From assembly GCA_016748015.1 (NCBI GenBank), contig JAAOMT010000648.1, positions 277,160 through 341,159 of the forward strand: a stretch of DNA of 64,000 bases. The letters are read 5' to 3'. A program made the position numbers and the translations under genes. The stretch is from Geosiphon pyriformis uo1. Lineage: Eukaryota; Fungi; Glomeromycota. Below, piece by piece: positions 38,264 through 52,080 of this stretch (positions within the stretch are counted from its first letter, which is position 1; each line of letters opens with the position of its first letter). The notes beneath the pieces are model-generated. The model made no database searches. It saw only the letters and a list, made by a program, of their open reading frames with translations, and had not been told where the DNA came from.

Positions 38264-39248
38264 CTTAAAAGTTTAATAATAGCAATTTTTTACAAGTCGA
38301 CATTTCTGAATAAATTTATTTTTTATTTTTTCAATGATATTATTATTATTATTATTATTATTAACTTATTATTCAACTACTCGTTAAAAGATCACTTTAA
38401 AATCTGTATTCATACTAATATTCGCAGATAATTATAATGTGAAAAACCTCCGTTTAATTATTTGTACCTTGAAAATAAAGTCCCTTATCATATAAATTAA
38501 AACCCTCAAATTACTGGAATAATTTATACTAAAAATTTGTACGAATTTTTCGTTATATATATATATTTATTTATTTATTTAAAGAAAATTAATTGAAATC
38601 GAACATATAATTTTTTTTTTTCAAAAAACTTTAACTCGGGAAGGGTATTTTTATTTTATACGACTTTTTTTTTTGAAATTATACCTATTTATTTATATCT
38701 AGAAAAAAATATTTTAAATTTTCAAATTTCTTTCCTTATATTAAAATTTTTAAAATTATTTTGTTTATAAAGAAAAATTTTTTTTTTGTATAAATAAATT
38801 ACTAAAAAATTTTCTGAACATAATAATTTTTTCTATATTTTACCAATTTATAGATTAAAAACATGTATCAATTTTTTTATTTTTTTATTTATTTTTATTT
38901 TTATTTTTATTTTTATTTTTTTGTCAATACTAAGCTTTCAAGTCTAATTAATATATTTTTTTATCAAAATTAAATGACTTACCGCTCATTATTAATTATT
39001 CAAACAAACAAAAAAACTTATTGTATTATTTTAAAAATATATAAATTAATACTCTGTTATTTATATCATCAATAGATTCTCTGCATAAAACAAAAAAATC
39101 ATTTGACCTAATATTAAGATTTGTGTAAAACCCTCCTCCCCCAAGAAAATTTTATCAGGTGTAATGTTCAAACTTTCTGTTACTCAAAAAAGTCTTGATT
39201 CTCTTTTTAATGTACAAATTTTACAAATAGTTTATTTGATTTAATTTA

Positions 39249-39318
<70 letters not shown>
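39249..39318. repeat. (TTA)n microsatellite
   Basis: Directly visible. Confidence 0.9.
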
Positions 39319-39322
<4 letters not shown>

Positions 39323-39730
39323 AAAAATGAAAAACTTTTCTATGGAACCAACCTTTCAGAATTAAAAAACCGAAATTCACAAAAGAAAATTTGTGCAAAG
39401 GAAAAATCTTTTTACCGTCTATCATTTCCTTTGACTCATTACGGTAACCAAAATATTTTCATGGACAATCTTTTCATTTCCATTTTCATTGAAAACCCAA
39501 TATTGGTAAAATTCATTGTAGATTCCTTGATTGCCAAGTTTTCAAAGATGACAGAATAAAAATTTTGATTATTTAGAAAAACCTGGATTCCCATATGTAA
39601 TCATGCTCGCATTTTAGGATCAACATTTAGTTTAACCAAGCAAAGCTAGCCAAAACGAGAATCATCATTTAGTACTTGGGAAATCATTAAAAAACAGGTT
39701 ACTATGGTGGGGGGGGGGGGGGGGGGGGGG

Positions 39731-39750
39731 NNNNNNNNNNNNNNNNNNNN
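39731..39750. other. Assembly gap (20 N) preceded by a poly-G run
   Basis: N run. Contiguity across it is not guaranteed. Confidence 0.98.
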
Positions 39751-40467
39751 GGTTTTTTTTATAGAACAATGATAACTTATTTTCAAGGATTAAGCAGTGA
39801 ACTCCCCACGTTTAGCAGTCATCAGCATCGTCGTCGAAAGACCGAAATTTAGAATATTGACGTTACATCTTCTTATTATTTGGCTGTTGATTGATTGATT
39901 GATTGAATGAAAAAAAAAAATTTTTCATAAATCGGCGTATTGATTTTTGACAGTTTTAATTCAATTAAAAAATGTTTAAACTACTAACAACAAGTTACGA
40001 CTTTCTTCTTCACTCGAATAGATTTCGATCGAAAACTTCAATGATTAATATACATAAAAAAAGCATTATACGACATTTAGAATTTGTATTAAAGTTGCAG
40101 AACCAAAACAATATGAAAACATTATGATATTTAAAATTATGATCATTATAAAGTGGTTTTTTTACAAGTATTTGAATAAAATTTTTTATCCTTGATTGGC
40201 AAAAAAGAAAAGTATTCTTTTGAGAAATGAAACGTGAGGGAGGTTTTTAAATGAAATTGTTTTTGTGGAGTTTTCGATTCGATTAAGGAATTTCCAGGTA
40301 CTAAACTGGAAGTTAAAGGGGAGAAAAACATGGTATGAAAGAAGGACAACGATAAAGTTTCAAAGATTCTAGACCTGTTCACATGATATAAAGTGGCACG
40401 AATCTTTTAATATCCTTTCATCCATGAAATTTCCCGATTGGGGGTCCCTTTTAACTCACCCAAAAGT

Positions 40468-41724
40468 TCAGGAGCTGAACAAATCGGAATCTTCTCTGTC
40501 CTTAAATCCTTTATTGACCCCAATCCAAATCAAGATAAACACCAATGACAATATGTAACCGAAGCTATATGATTGTAGCACTAGTCGTCGTCCTTTGCTA
40601 AACAAATGCCCACTTCTCAACAAGTAAATGACCAATGGGGTACCAATCACCAATACATAGACCAAGCCAACAATTGTTCCCTTTGGGAAATTGATTGCAA
40701 CACCGGTTAAAAGAATCGCATAGGCAATCGATCCGAGAATAAAAGGGATGAGCGATAAAGTGTTTTCAATCGCATCATGACGTTGCCTTCTGAACGCTAG
40801 TAAATGTGACCATGTAATTAATACTGCTCCCCCTGCGTATAAGTAATGTCCAATCTTGGAGTGGCAAAAATTGAGAATTTTTATAGTATTGGCTTAAAAT
40901 TTACAAGTTACTGTGATAAATGTTTGTCCGAAAAGTGGATTAAATTTTTTCCATTTACTTACCACATGTTCTAAATCTGTTCGTAAAAAAGTGTAAGCGT
41001 CTTGAACCTCAGGATATTGAGATATGATCTCGGGATGTTTTATGATAATGTCCTTAATTTTGTGCTTTGCCAGTACGGCAGTTGAATGCATCCCAGCTCC
41101 TGAAATTCAGGAAAAAGTTGAAAATGTTTAAAAAGAGTTATTTCAAACCAAAAAATAAAAAAATTACGATTTCCCAGCATACCTTGACCATAAATTGCAG
41201 CTCCAATCATGAATAAAAATTTCGAAAATACTTGTTCAGGTATTAGACCAACTAAAAGGTTAAAAATCTTGTGATTAGCATATTAAGTAACTTTCAACAA
41301 ACTCACATGCATTGTTATTACATACAGTATTTTCGTGTATGCTCTAAACGATCAGAAAAAATTTCTGCAGACGATAGAATAAAGTACATTAACGTTAACC
41401 CGACAAGTGGTTCAGTAAAACCTAAAAAAAATCAAAATTTCAAATATGAGATTCTTAATATTTTTGCAGCTTTTCATGACGAATTATTTTGTTTAAAAAC
41501 TTACGATAAAGATCCGCCCAAATTCCTTGAAATTTTACTATCACTGGTATTGCAGTGAAAAGCAACGTCCAAATAGGGGCAATTAGTAAAAGCCAAATGG
41601 TTCTGTTATCGTAATTCTTATCCATTAAGCTTAATTTTCCCTCCATCATTGATCCAAGAAAAATCGATTGCTCCCCTTTACCCGTGAAACGACGTGGCGA
41701 GTATGGAAGTGGTGTTGTCGACAT
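40468..41724 (-). CDS. Multi-pass (~7 TM) membrane protein with CLN6-like motifs
   Basis: Exons 41724-41505, 41421-41326, 41251-41183, 41099-40963 and 40854-40468 join in frame with GT-AG introns. Core motif FMIGAAIYGQGAGMH...DLEHVIGHYLY. Confidence 0.75.
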
Positions 41725-42597
41725 TGATAATTATTATTTGGGGGGAGGGGGGGGTGGTGGATGAAATGTGGAAAGGGTAAAGTTGAAGCGAGAATTTCAA
41801 AAATCACTTTAAAAATTTTGCTTGCGCAGTTGTATTTATAATTTTTTTATGAGATTTATCCCAAGTACTTTTCTTGGCCTGTTTTTTTCCTTTTATCTTC
41901 TTTTTATTTATTATGTGTATTACTACTTGAATAGGGGACGGAAAATATGGGGCTGGGTGGTTAATCATTATATAAAGGTGTAATACAAGTATGATGGGTT
42001 TTTTTTTTGGCTATGTTCAAAGGGAATCTATCTTATTAGAGGCTAATAATCATTGTGTGGAATGATTTCTATGAAGAATGTGCTTTTGATTTATTATTTA
42101 TTTATTTATTTATTAACACTTGGACTATGATAGAATGATGCATATGACGATCATGATAGTTGTTCAATTGTAAACTATTAATAGTAGAGCCTATCCTAGT
42201 AAAGTTTGATTATTGATATGGCGCATAAATTTTAATTATAACATACTCACACAATCAAATTGACTAAAAATAGTGAATATTGTTTTGTACTAGTTAGAAT
42301 GTCCCTTTAAATATATAATTGTTATTTAAGATTTGAATCTTTTAATTTTAAATATAAAAATCCTTTTATTTACAACTTTTCTCATATAATAATTGTAGTA
42401 TAAATTCAAAAAAGATTAAAATGGAAAATTTTTTTTTAAGGTTTTAAAATTTCTAGGACCATATTGAATTCATGAAAAAAAAAAACCACCACAGAATTCT
42501 AAATTCTCATACTGTATTGCGATTCATGGATTATTGAAGCGAAATAGATAGTAAAAACAGTAAAAAAGGTTTCCAATTTTTTTCTATAAAATCCTTC

Positions 42598-42617
42598 TAT
42601 TATTATTATTATCATCA

Positions 42618-42678
<61 letters not shown>
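42598..42678. repeat. (ATT)n microsatellite with ATC interruptions
   Basis: Directly visible. Confidence 0.9.
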
Positions 42679-42679
<1 letters not shown>

Positions 42680-43837
42680 TTTCTTTAAACACTTTATTCA
42701 TGGAATTCAAAAATTAAAACAGTCAAATTAATTGATCGCAGTTTTGAAAGCCAGACGATTAAACGGTTTTCTTTTTTGAATTTCTACATCGAAAAATGTA
42801 ATGATTTATAAATTTTAATAAATACAAATAATTTTAATAAACACACATTATTTTAATAAATACACATAAATTTAAATAAATAATGCATTCATTTCCATTT
42901 TTAACTATTTAAATTATAAATCTTTTAAGTGTAAAGCTTTTTAAAATTGAATTAACATTAAAGTATTCGTCCTGTCATAATTTTTAAAGTTGGATTTGTT
43001 TGGATTTGGTTTATGATGATTTCTAAGGACGGGGCTGTTTTAGGCAATGAAAAGGATCTGAGGATCCGAATTGATAATCAGTTCAAGAATGTGTTCGAAA
43101 TTTTGTCCAGTCGATAAAAAGACCATTTTTAATGAAATTATTTTTGTTTTAAGAAATGGACAAATATTGAATATTCAATATTTAGATTTTAAATTTTTTA
43201 AAGCATATAACAGGTTTAGCCAGAAAACTTTTTAAATTAAAATTTTTCAAGATGTAGTAAAAAAGGCCTTTTTGTTAATTAATTATCAAAGATATTAAAA
43301 TCTTAATTTTGGATTATAATAGTCTAATTTTTATATTAGAAAAATAAAAAAAATAAAAAAAATAAAATATTTTTACAATTTTTATTTATTTTTCAATTTT
43401 ACTAAAATTATTTCATATAATAAAAAATATATTAAAAATGGAATTATACCTTATTTTTCTAATTTCAAATTAAAAGTTACGGATTAAAAAGGTGAATTCT
43501 TTAAAAAAAATCAAATAAGTCAAAGCAATATATTTTTTTGGTTAATGAATTTTTGAAATTCTAAATTAAGAAAAATTATTTGCTTTATTCTATTAAGTAA
43601 CTAAAGTAAATTAAAATTTTTGAATTAGATATAAAAAAAAAAGTAACTTATATACTTAATAGTTTTGGTCAATATCATTATGATTTTTTTTATTAGAGAT
43701 TATTGAATTAAAATTGCATTAATATCAAATTTATTTTTTATTCATTTCTCATCATTTTTTAAACCCAGTTCAACATTTAAACTTTCTTTTTCTTCTTCTT
43801 CTTCTTCTTCTTCTTCTTCTTCTTCTTTTACCTGATA

Positions 43838-44147
43838 TTATTCAAGTACAGGAATTTTAAACGAAACCTCCCCAAAAAACTGGTCAATAGGAGTTAAGCT
43901 TTTTAATGTTTCATTTTAAAAAACATTATTTTTTAAAATAAATGCCTTTTATATTTCTTACCGGAACAAAACCATCGTAAAGAATCTTTCCATCAGCTTC
44001 AATTATTTCAATTCTGGGAGATTTAGGACCCATTTCGGCAGCTAACTTTTTAGATTTTTCCTTATTCTTGACACCAAGTTTGTAAAACACCCTACTTAAT
44101 CTTTTTTTGATTCGTAATTTAGGTAGAAAAGAGTCCTGCGAACACAT
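43838..44147 (-). CDS. Possible small basic two-exon protein of unknown function
   Basis: ORF 44147-43962 ends at a GTAAG donor. A CAG acceptor at 43880 adds FFGEVSFKIPVLE*. No recognisable domain. Confidence 0.3.
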
Positions 44148-44739
44148 TATCTCTTTTGGCGTTATTGAACAAGATTTATAATCTTTTGTAATTTTCTAGA
44201 AATATTTGTAAAATACTTGATGACGTAATCCTGTACGCACATATGATATCGTTTCACTTTGGCGTGAGAAGATAATTCAGATGATTGATTGATGTACCAA
44301 AAATAATAAACAAAGTATTCAGAAAAAAAAGTTTTAGCTAGACAAATTCTATCAGCTCATTAAAGGACTAATTTAAAACCATACTTTTAAAACAACTTGT
44401 ACAAGTGAATTGGTAAACAAAAATATATATTCTTTTAAACAGATTTCAAACTTACAGAAAGTAAACCAAATCTTGTATCTTTATTATGTAACTCAAACAA
44501 TATAACACCTGCATGTAGAAGGTAATACTGTATTTAACTTTAGGAATTATTCTGATTGATTAAAATTTAAGCTAATCAAAATATGAAAATAGGTTGATCT
44601 ATTACTTAATAGGATATCAATTACTTTATTGACCAAAAAAATATAAAAACGCAGTGTGTGACTGAAAAAAAAATTTTCATGATACATCATCAAGCCAAAT
44701 TCTGTACTTTTTAAAAAACCCTTTTCTTCTGATCATAAA

Positions 44740-45471
44740 ATGTCGAAAAAATCAGAAATTCATTATTATCTTGATGGGGATATCATTCTCAACATTGATG
44801 ATACCCATTTTCGTGTTCACAAATCAATTCTCTCTATGGCTTCGCTTGTATTTAAGGATATGTTTATGAACGAAGCTGTTCAAGAAACAACAGAAGTCGA
44901 AACTGTTATTACTCTTTCAGGCGACTCGGCCAGCCATTTTTGCACACTTTTGTGTTACATCTACCCTCAACACTATATTCAATTCAATTTTGAAGATGCT
45001 GTGGATGTGATTAAATTAGCCGATAAATATCTCATGGATCCAGTTTTGAAATATTGTCAATCTGTTATAATGAATCTTTACTCTGAGCACCCTCTCAAAG
45101 CCTTAATTGTGGCCGATAAATTTAAATATCCCGATCTTTATATGGAGGCTTCAAAACTTGTTCTTGAAGAATTTTATCACTATAAGACACAGAAAGAGTT
45201 TACTCAGTTATCAATAGAGACCAAGTATAAACTTCTCAACTGTCACGTCAATTTCAAAATTGCTGTTACAAACTTACTAAAACTATACAAGCATTTGAAT
45301 ATTGCAAAATTGAATTTGCTTACTCCTTCAAAATTATATAGTGAATTGTTTAATATTAATTTTGATTCATATAAAACCTTTTTTGAAGATTATTTTGTTA
45401 AATTTGAACCAATAGGGTTATCTTCAAGTCATTATATTTACATCAAATTGAATGAAGATTTACTAGCTTAG
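44740..45471 (+). CDS. BTB/POZ domain protein
   Basis: DGDIILNIDDTHFRVHKSILSMASLVFKDMF...LLCYIYP...IKLADKYLM is a typical BTB signature. Intronless 243-aa ORF. Confidence 0.92.
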   Translation: MSKKSEIHYYLDGDIILNIDDTHFRVHKSILSMASLVFKDMFMNEAVQETTEVETVITLSGDSASHFCTLLCYIYPQHYIQFNFEDAVDVIKLADKYLMDPVLKYCQSVIMNLYSEHPLKALIVADKFKYPDLYMEASKLVLEEFYHYKTQKEFTQLSIETKYKLLNCHVNFKIAVTNLLKLYKHLNIAKLNLLTPSKLYSELFNINFDSYKTFFEDYFVKFEPIGLSSSHYIYIKLNEDLLA

Positions 45472-46269
45472 CATTAATTATTTTTCGAGAAATTAAAAAA
45501 AAAAAAAAAAAAGGGATCTCTTTAAAACTTTTATACCATTATAAAGTTACTCAGCACTTTATATTAACATCTTTACCATAATGTTATTATTTTTTAAAAT
45601 TTAAATATAAAGATAATATTGTTAATACAATTATTATTTGCTTTGCCAATTATATAAAAAAAGTTTTTAAAAATTATAAATCATTTAAAAAACAATCAAT
45701 TATAAAGTCTTTTTTTTTTAATAACATTAATTTGAAAATTAATAAAAACTACTTTATAATTTGTATTTAAGGACAGTTTTTAAATAATATTAAATTTTAG
45801 AATATATTGGCTACATTATTGTAAAATAATGAGCTTTTATTTATTTTTGTCTAAATTAAAAAATATTGACTTTTGTCTCAAATTCAAATAATGTTAATTA
45901 CAGTTTTTGTTCATTTATATCTAAATTAAAAGCATAAGTTTTATTCTGATTATTATTCTGATTATTATTATAGCTTACATTTCTTTCGCTTAAATTTATT
46001 TTATAATCTTTGAAACACATTGTGTTTTAAAAAAAGAGGGTAATAACGAAAAAGTACATGATAACTCCCTTTAATCCGAAGTTGATTGTTCTTCGGATTA
46101 ACTGAATCTGCATTATTATTCCACGTGATAATTAATACAACAATTAAAATTGGTAATCTTCGCGATTATCGTCCTGTTACATGTACTACTGTTTTATATA
46201 ATAAAAAATCATTAGAAAAAAAACTTAACCTTGGTTTTTATTTGAAAAAAAACTTTAATAAAAGAAAAT

Positions 46270-49200
46270 AATAAAAAATTAATTACATTTTAATAATAAT
46301 AATAATAATAATAATAACTGGAAAAAATTTAAAAAACAATAAATTTGGTTATAATGAAATATTTTTAAAATTATTTTAAATTAAGAATTAATTTCTTTAT
46401 CTCTTTTTCCAAATTATTTTCACTTTTGAAATTAGAAATTTTTTTACAATCTCCTCACAATTTTTCTGTTCAATATATTTATGTATAATATTTAAACTAT
46501 ATTTATAACAGTTTCAAAATAAATAAAGTTTCGTTAATTAAAAGTTAATTGATAATATTTTATATTGTTTATTTTAATGTGATTTAATGTATATATTTTT
46601 AATGTTTTTTAATTTTTTAAAATAACCAAAAACATATTGTTACAAATTAACAGATTTTAATTTAACAACAACAATTTCATCAATAATTTTAAACCATTTT
46701 TAATGTTGTTATAGAAAATATGTCAAAAAAATATATAAATTACAAAGTATAAATAAATAAAAGTTAATTTAAAAATTACAAAAAAATTTAAAAATTTAAT
46801 TATTATAATAAGAAAGTAATTAAGTAAATTCAATTTTAATAACAACATTTAAAAATTTTTTAAAATACAACTTTATATAAAAAAAACTTGATATTATTTT
46901 TAAAATTTAACTTAAAAGTCAAACGTCAATTGAAATAAAATTTTTATATATAACTCTATTTAAGTTTAAAATGGTACTAAAACGGAAGCCAATTATTTAA
47001 AAATTTTTTAATAACTGGTAATAAATTTAGTTTTACAAAAAAAAGAAAATATGTTAAAAAATAACTTATTTTGTTTCTTAATAAATAATTACATTATTAT
47101 AAATTAAAGTAATATATTAATAAATAGTAAAAAAAAACTGTAATTATATAGCAATAGAAATAATTAAGAAATTTTTTAAACAAAAAAGCAATTTAAATAA
47201 CTAAGTAATTTAATTAATCTAATAAATTTCATAAAATTACTGGGTTAAAAATTTTTGGCTTATCTTAAAAAAAAATTAATGGTTTGTCCAATAAACAAAT
47301 TATTGATTAGATTAATAATTAAATTAAAAACTAATTAAAAATAGAGTGGCTAAAATATTTAACATTAATGGTTAGTTAATACACGATTAAAATAATTAAA
47401 AATAAATTATATAAAAAAAAAAGATTGATTGAATCATAACAATATTAAATAATAAAACAAAATGTTAATTTTTATCAATTTTTAATAAATTTATTGTTGT
47501 TGCTGTTGTTGTTTAAATAATAATAATAAAAATATTGTTTTTTACAGCAGAATTAAAACTAATTATTATAGTTGAACTTAGTAAAAAAATAATATTAAAA
47601 AATTCAAAACTTTATTTTTTAAAGAAAAAAAGCTGGCTTTAAAACAGTATGAATAAATTTTAAGTTCTTAAAAAACTCAGATTTAATGCTTTGAATAATA
47701 ATAATAAAACTTTTTACTGAAATTCAAAAAATTTGCTGTTGTTAAGATTAATAATCATAGTATTAGTTGTTTTTTAGCTGCTTTAAACTTTTTGGCCATT
47801 TAAAAAATAGGAATGGTCGATAAAAAAATAGTAGTTTTAATATTAATTTGTTGTTAAAAATTCTAAAATTTTTGGCTGTAATTGTAACAACATTAAGGCA
47901 GTTTTAGTGTATTATTTCAAAAAAAAAAAAAACTTACGATTAAAGAAAAAGATGTTTCTAAAACAATTAAAGTTCTGCTTTAAATCTGTATTATTTAAAA
48001 GAAATGTTTTTACAATATTTATCAAAGTGTTTTTATTATTGAGAAAACTTATTTATTTATTGCTTTCTTAGCTATATTAAAAAAAATGATAAAAACTTTT
48101 TTTTTTGTTCTAATTATAAAAGAGACTTAATTTTTTATTTTTATTAAACTTACAATTTAGATGTAAAAGGTTAATTTCTAAATATAATTCTATTTTATAT
48201 ATTAGCATTTTATAAATTATAATATAATTTTTAAATTATTTTAAGCATGTTTTTAATTAAAGTTTTTTACAAATTATTAATATATTTTATTTAATATTTT
48301 TTTTGTTTATTAGAATTTTTAATTTTTTAATATTTTTTTAAATATCTTTTACTATATAGATTTTGTATAATTATGCAAAAAATACATTTTATTATTAACA
48401 TAATATCTTGATAAATTGTTATTAGTGTAATGTTTGATTATTAGTATAAAAAATTCATTTATATAGATAGAATTAGTTATATTTGATTTAATGCTTATTT
48501 TTACATATGCAATTCTATTTTATTTGTGATTAAATATAAAAATAAAAGTTAATATAATTTTAGTTATTAATATTTTCTAAACATTTTTTAATTGATTTGA
48601 TTTTTTTTTTAAAAATGTTTATAAACTATAAATTTGCCAACATTTTGTTTGGTTAAAAATTATAGGGTTTGTTATTATAGCATATACCGTTAATATATTA
48701 TATTTTTTGTGGTTTTGTATTTTTAAAAGATAAATGTGATTTATTATTCCAAATAATTCGTTCAAAATATTTTCTTGTTTAATCTAACAGATTAATTTAT
48801 TAATATTAATTTTATAATAGTGGTACGAAAAAAATCCTAATTATATGCAAATAGCTACATATAATATTAATTATTTAATAAAATTTTTCAACTTTTATTA
48901 TTATCAATATTATTTAATTTCTATTATTTAATTTAATTTATAATAATTTAATTTTTAAAAATTATAAAATAATTAAATTTAATAAAATTAAACTTTATTT
49001 ATATATTGACAAACAGATTTTATTTTTTTTATCAAAATAATTTTTCAAATATTTATTAAAAGCTTAAAAGTTTGTAATTATTTATAAAAAAACACATACA
49101 ACATACTTAAAAAAATATTTTTTATTATATTAAGATATAAAAATTGTTACAAATTCAATTCATATAATAATAAATAGCAAAGAATAAAGGAACTAAAAGC

Positions 49201-50260
49201 AATATAAATGTGGCTAAAAAAATTTAATAAAAAGATGATTATTTTTAAAATAAATGTTTAGTATAATTAAAGTCCAAAAAATTGTTGTATTTATAGTATA
49301 AACATTTATTTAAGCATTATATGTAAAAAAAAATTTTGCACATAATAATGTCAAAATATACATATTTACAAAAATAAATAAATTGCTACTTAGATTAAAA
49401 AATAATTCTTAAAATAATTTTTTATAACAGTGTTACTAGCATATATTGACATAAATAATAAATTTCAATAAAATAATAAGTTTAAACATATTTTAGTAGT
49501 CTTTAAATTGAGTTTAAATATAACTGTCAACATATTTTTTATTTTAATTTTTATATAATTTAAATGTTTAAACATTTTTTAAGCAGAATATAAAAAAGTT
49601 TAAAAAATAATAACTATAAAAAAAATACATTACAAAAATATTTGTTGCAATAATGAAAAGAAGTAAAAAGTTGTTTTTTTAAAAAAAAATAATACTTAGT
49701 ATATCAGATTACATTTAGACTAAAAATGGTTTTTCGATTAAATGAGATTTTTTAAAATAATTACAGTTTTAGAAGTAAATTTTTCTAAAATTGCAAAATT
49801 TTAAATTTTCAAATAAAAATTTTACCTATTAAGTATTAATTAAAGTGTGCATAATTATTGGATGACTTAAAAATTCTTGAAAATATGTTTAAAAATGTAA
49901 AATAACGTTTCTTATTAATAAAGTTGATAAATCTTTTAATTAATTAATTATGTAATTTCAATTAGAATTCAGTGAAATAATTAATTATTTTGATTAAATT
50001 TTTTAAAAATAATTTTTATTCAATAAAATTTTCAAATTGAAATACAACATATATTGTGGTTATAATTAAAAATTTAAACAATTATTGGTTTTTCTAATCA
50101 AATATTTTTAAGATTAATCTTCAAAAACTAAAAGTTTTAAATTAATTATAAACAATTGAAATAATTGTGAACAATTGCAATAATTGCAACAATTACAGTA
50201 ATTGTAAACAGTTGCAATAATTATAAACAATTGTGAAACTTTTTAAAAAATTTTAAATCC
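46270..50260. mobile_element. Extremely AT-rich, ORF-free block; probable decayed repeat or transposon relic
   Basis: About 4 kb with no ORF of 60 aa or more and visibly depleted C/G. No diagnostic TE motif was recognised. Confidence 0.3.
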
Positions 50261-51179
50261 CAACTTTTTGGTTATGATCCCATCTTTAATTCAGACGGCA
50301 TAAATGCAAAAAAGAACATACCAAAAAATTAATATTTTATAGCAGAAAGCTATTTGCATGTATTTTGCAAATAGAACCTTTATGTATAAATGTTTACCAT
50401 AAATTTTTTAAATTAAAATTAACTATAATAAAGATTTGCTAAAAACGTGATACTTTAAACCCTCAATGCAAACAAAATAATTGATAGATATTTAATAAAT
50501 TTTAAAAACTATTTTTTGTTTTCGAATTTAATGTAAATTTTTCATTGTATAAAAGCTTTTCATTTCCCAAAGTATAAGATGGAAAAGATTTTTAATAATT
50601 GGGCGTTTTAAAAATAAATGCTTATCAAACATGTCACACTTAAAATTATTTACAAGATCTTTCTATCTTTGGAAATAAAAAAACCTCGTATTAAACATAG
50701 AAATCGGCAAATCTCATTTGGACTTTTAATTAATTTCAGAAATGAGACCTCTAAGAAGGCACAAATTATTAAATAAGATATTTTTCAAGACTTAATTTTG
50801 GAAAGTTTGATTATAAAATCACTTTTTTAATCTTCTTTTGAATCTATGAGAAATCTTAAAAACATTTCTTAAAGTTACAAAAAGCACTGGAATTTATTTT
50901 TTATTAAACTTTTAGAGAGTAGGCACAGTCCCAAAATAAATCATGTGGTACAACAGTACGCCCATTGTACTTGAATCTTAAAAAATATTCTTGGTGCTAA
51001 ACCAATAAGACGTTTCCCGCTCTGTGTCACCTATTTTTTGTGTGTATCTACCTTTTCGGGAAGCATGAGGCCGCCAATAGTAATGTCTATCTTCAAATTC
51101 AAAAAATTATTTAAAGCCCAAAAAAACTTTCGAAAGTCATAATTTAATAATTATAACATTTATTACATTATACCTAGCT

Positions 51180-52080
51180 ATGTCAAACCAAAAGTCTAAT
51201 TATAATAATATCGTCGAAAACCAGGAACCTTTGAAAATAAATGATTATGCTTCTTATATAAATTTCTCTACAGAAAATAATGGATTTTCTAAACAAGCAC
51301 AGATTCCATTTTTTTTACGATCATGGCATAAATCTCAATAAAGATTTTAATCATAACGGCTTTAATGATGATGTTCTAGGATCGTTGAAAATTCAATCAA
51401 ACCAGCAATCCAATTCACAAAATTTAATGAAATCACCTTTCAACTCAGATTCTATTCAAAAACATTCAAATTTTGGAATTGTGAATCCTTTTCCTCAAAG
51501 GCTACAACGAAATAGCTCTCACGAACAAAATCAAAGACCGGTAAACTATGTAACTAGCTCTACGTCGACCCCATTAGGATCATTAGAAATTCAATCAAAC
51601 CATCAATCCAATTCACAAAATTTAATGGAATCACCTTTCAACTCAGATTCTATTCAACGACATTCAAGTTTTGAAATTATGAATCCTTTCGCTCAAAGAC
51701 TACAACAAATATCAATAAACAATCAACACGAATGTATCGCTGGCCTGCAACATACTATTAATAATAATCATCCTACTTCTTTTTCCGTGTATAACCAAAT
51801 TAACACTATCCGAAACAATTCTTCCCAATTTAATCCAATTATTTTACATCATTTTTGGAATTTAGAAAGAGATTCTTTCAATATGAAACAAGATTTAGCT
51901 CATTTAAAAGGTTTTCTTTTTGTTACGAACTCTCACGAACTCAATGAGCAAAGACCAATGAGCAATCACCAAGAATATATTGCTGGTCTACAACATCATT
52001 TTTTAAATTTAGAGAAAGATCTTTCCAATATAGAGCAAGATTTAGCTCATTTAAAAAGTTTTCTTTTTAACAGAAATTGA
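51180..52080 (+). CDS. N/Q/S-rich protein with internal duplications and C-terminal helical repeats; probable frameshift in a T8 run
   Basis: 266-aa ORF 51280-52080. The upstream ATG at 51180 joins it if one T is removed from 51309-51316. Confidence 0.6.

Noticed and set aside
39710-39730. Poly-G run as a functional G-quadruplex
   Set aside because: It abuts the N gap, so its length is unreliable and it may be a sequencing artefact.
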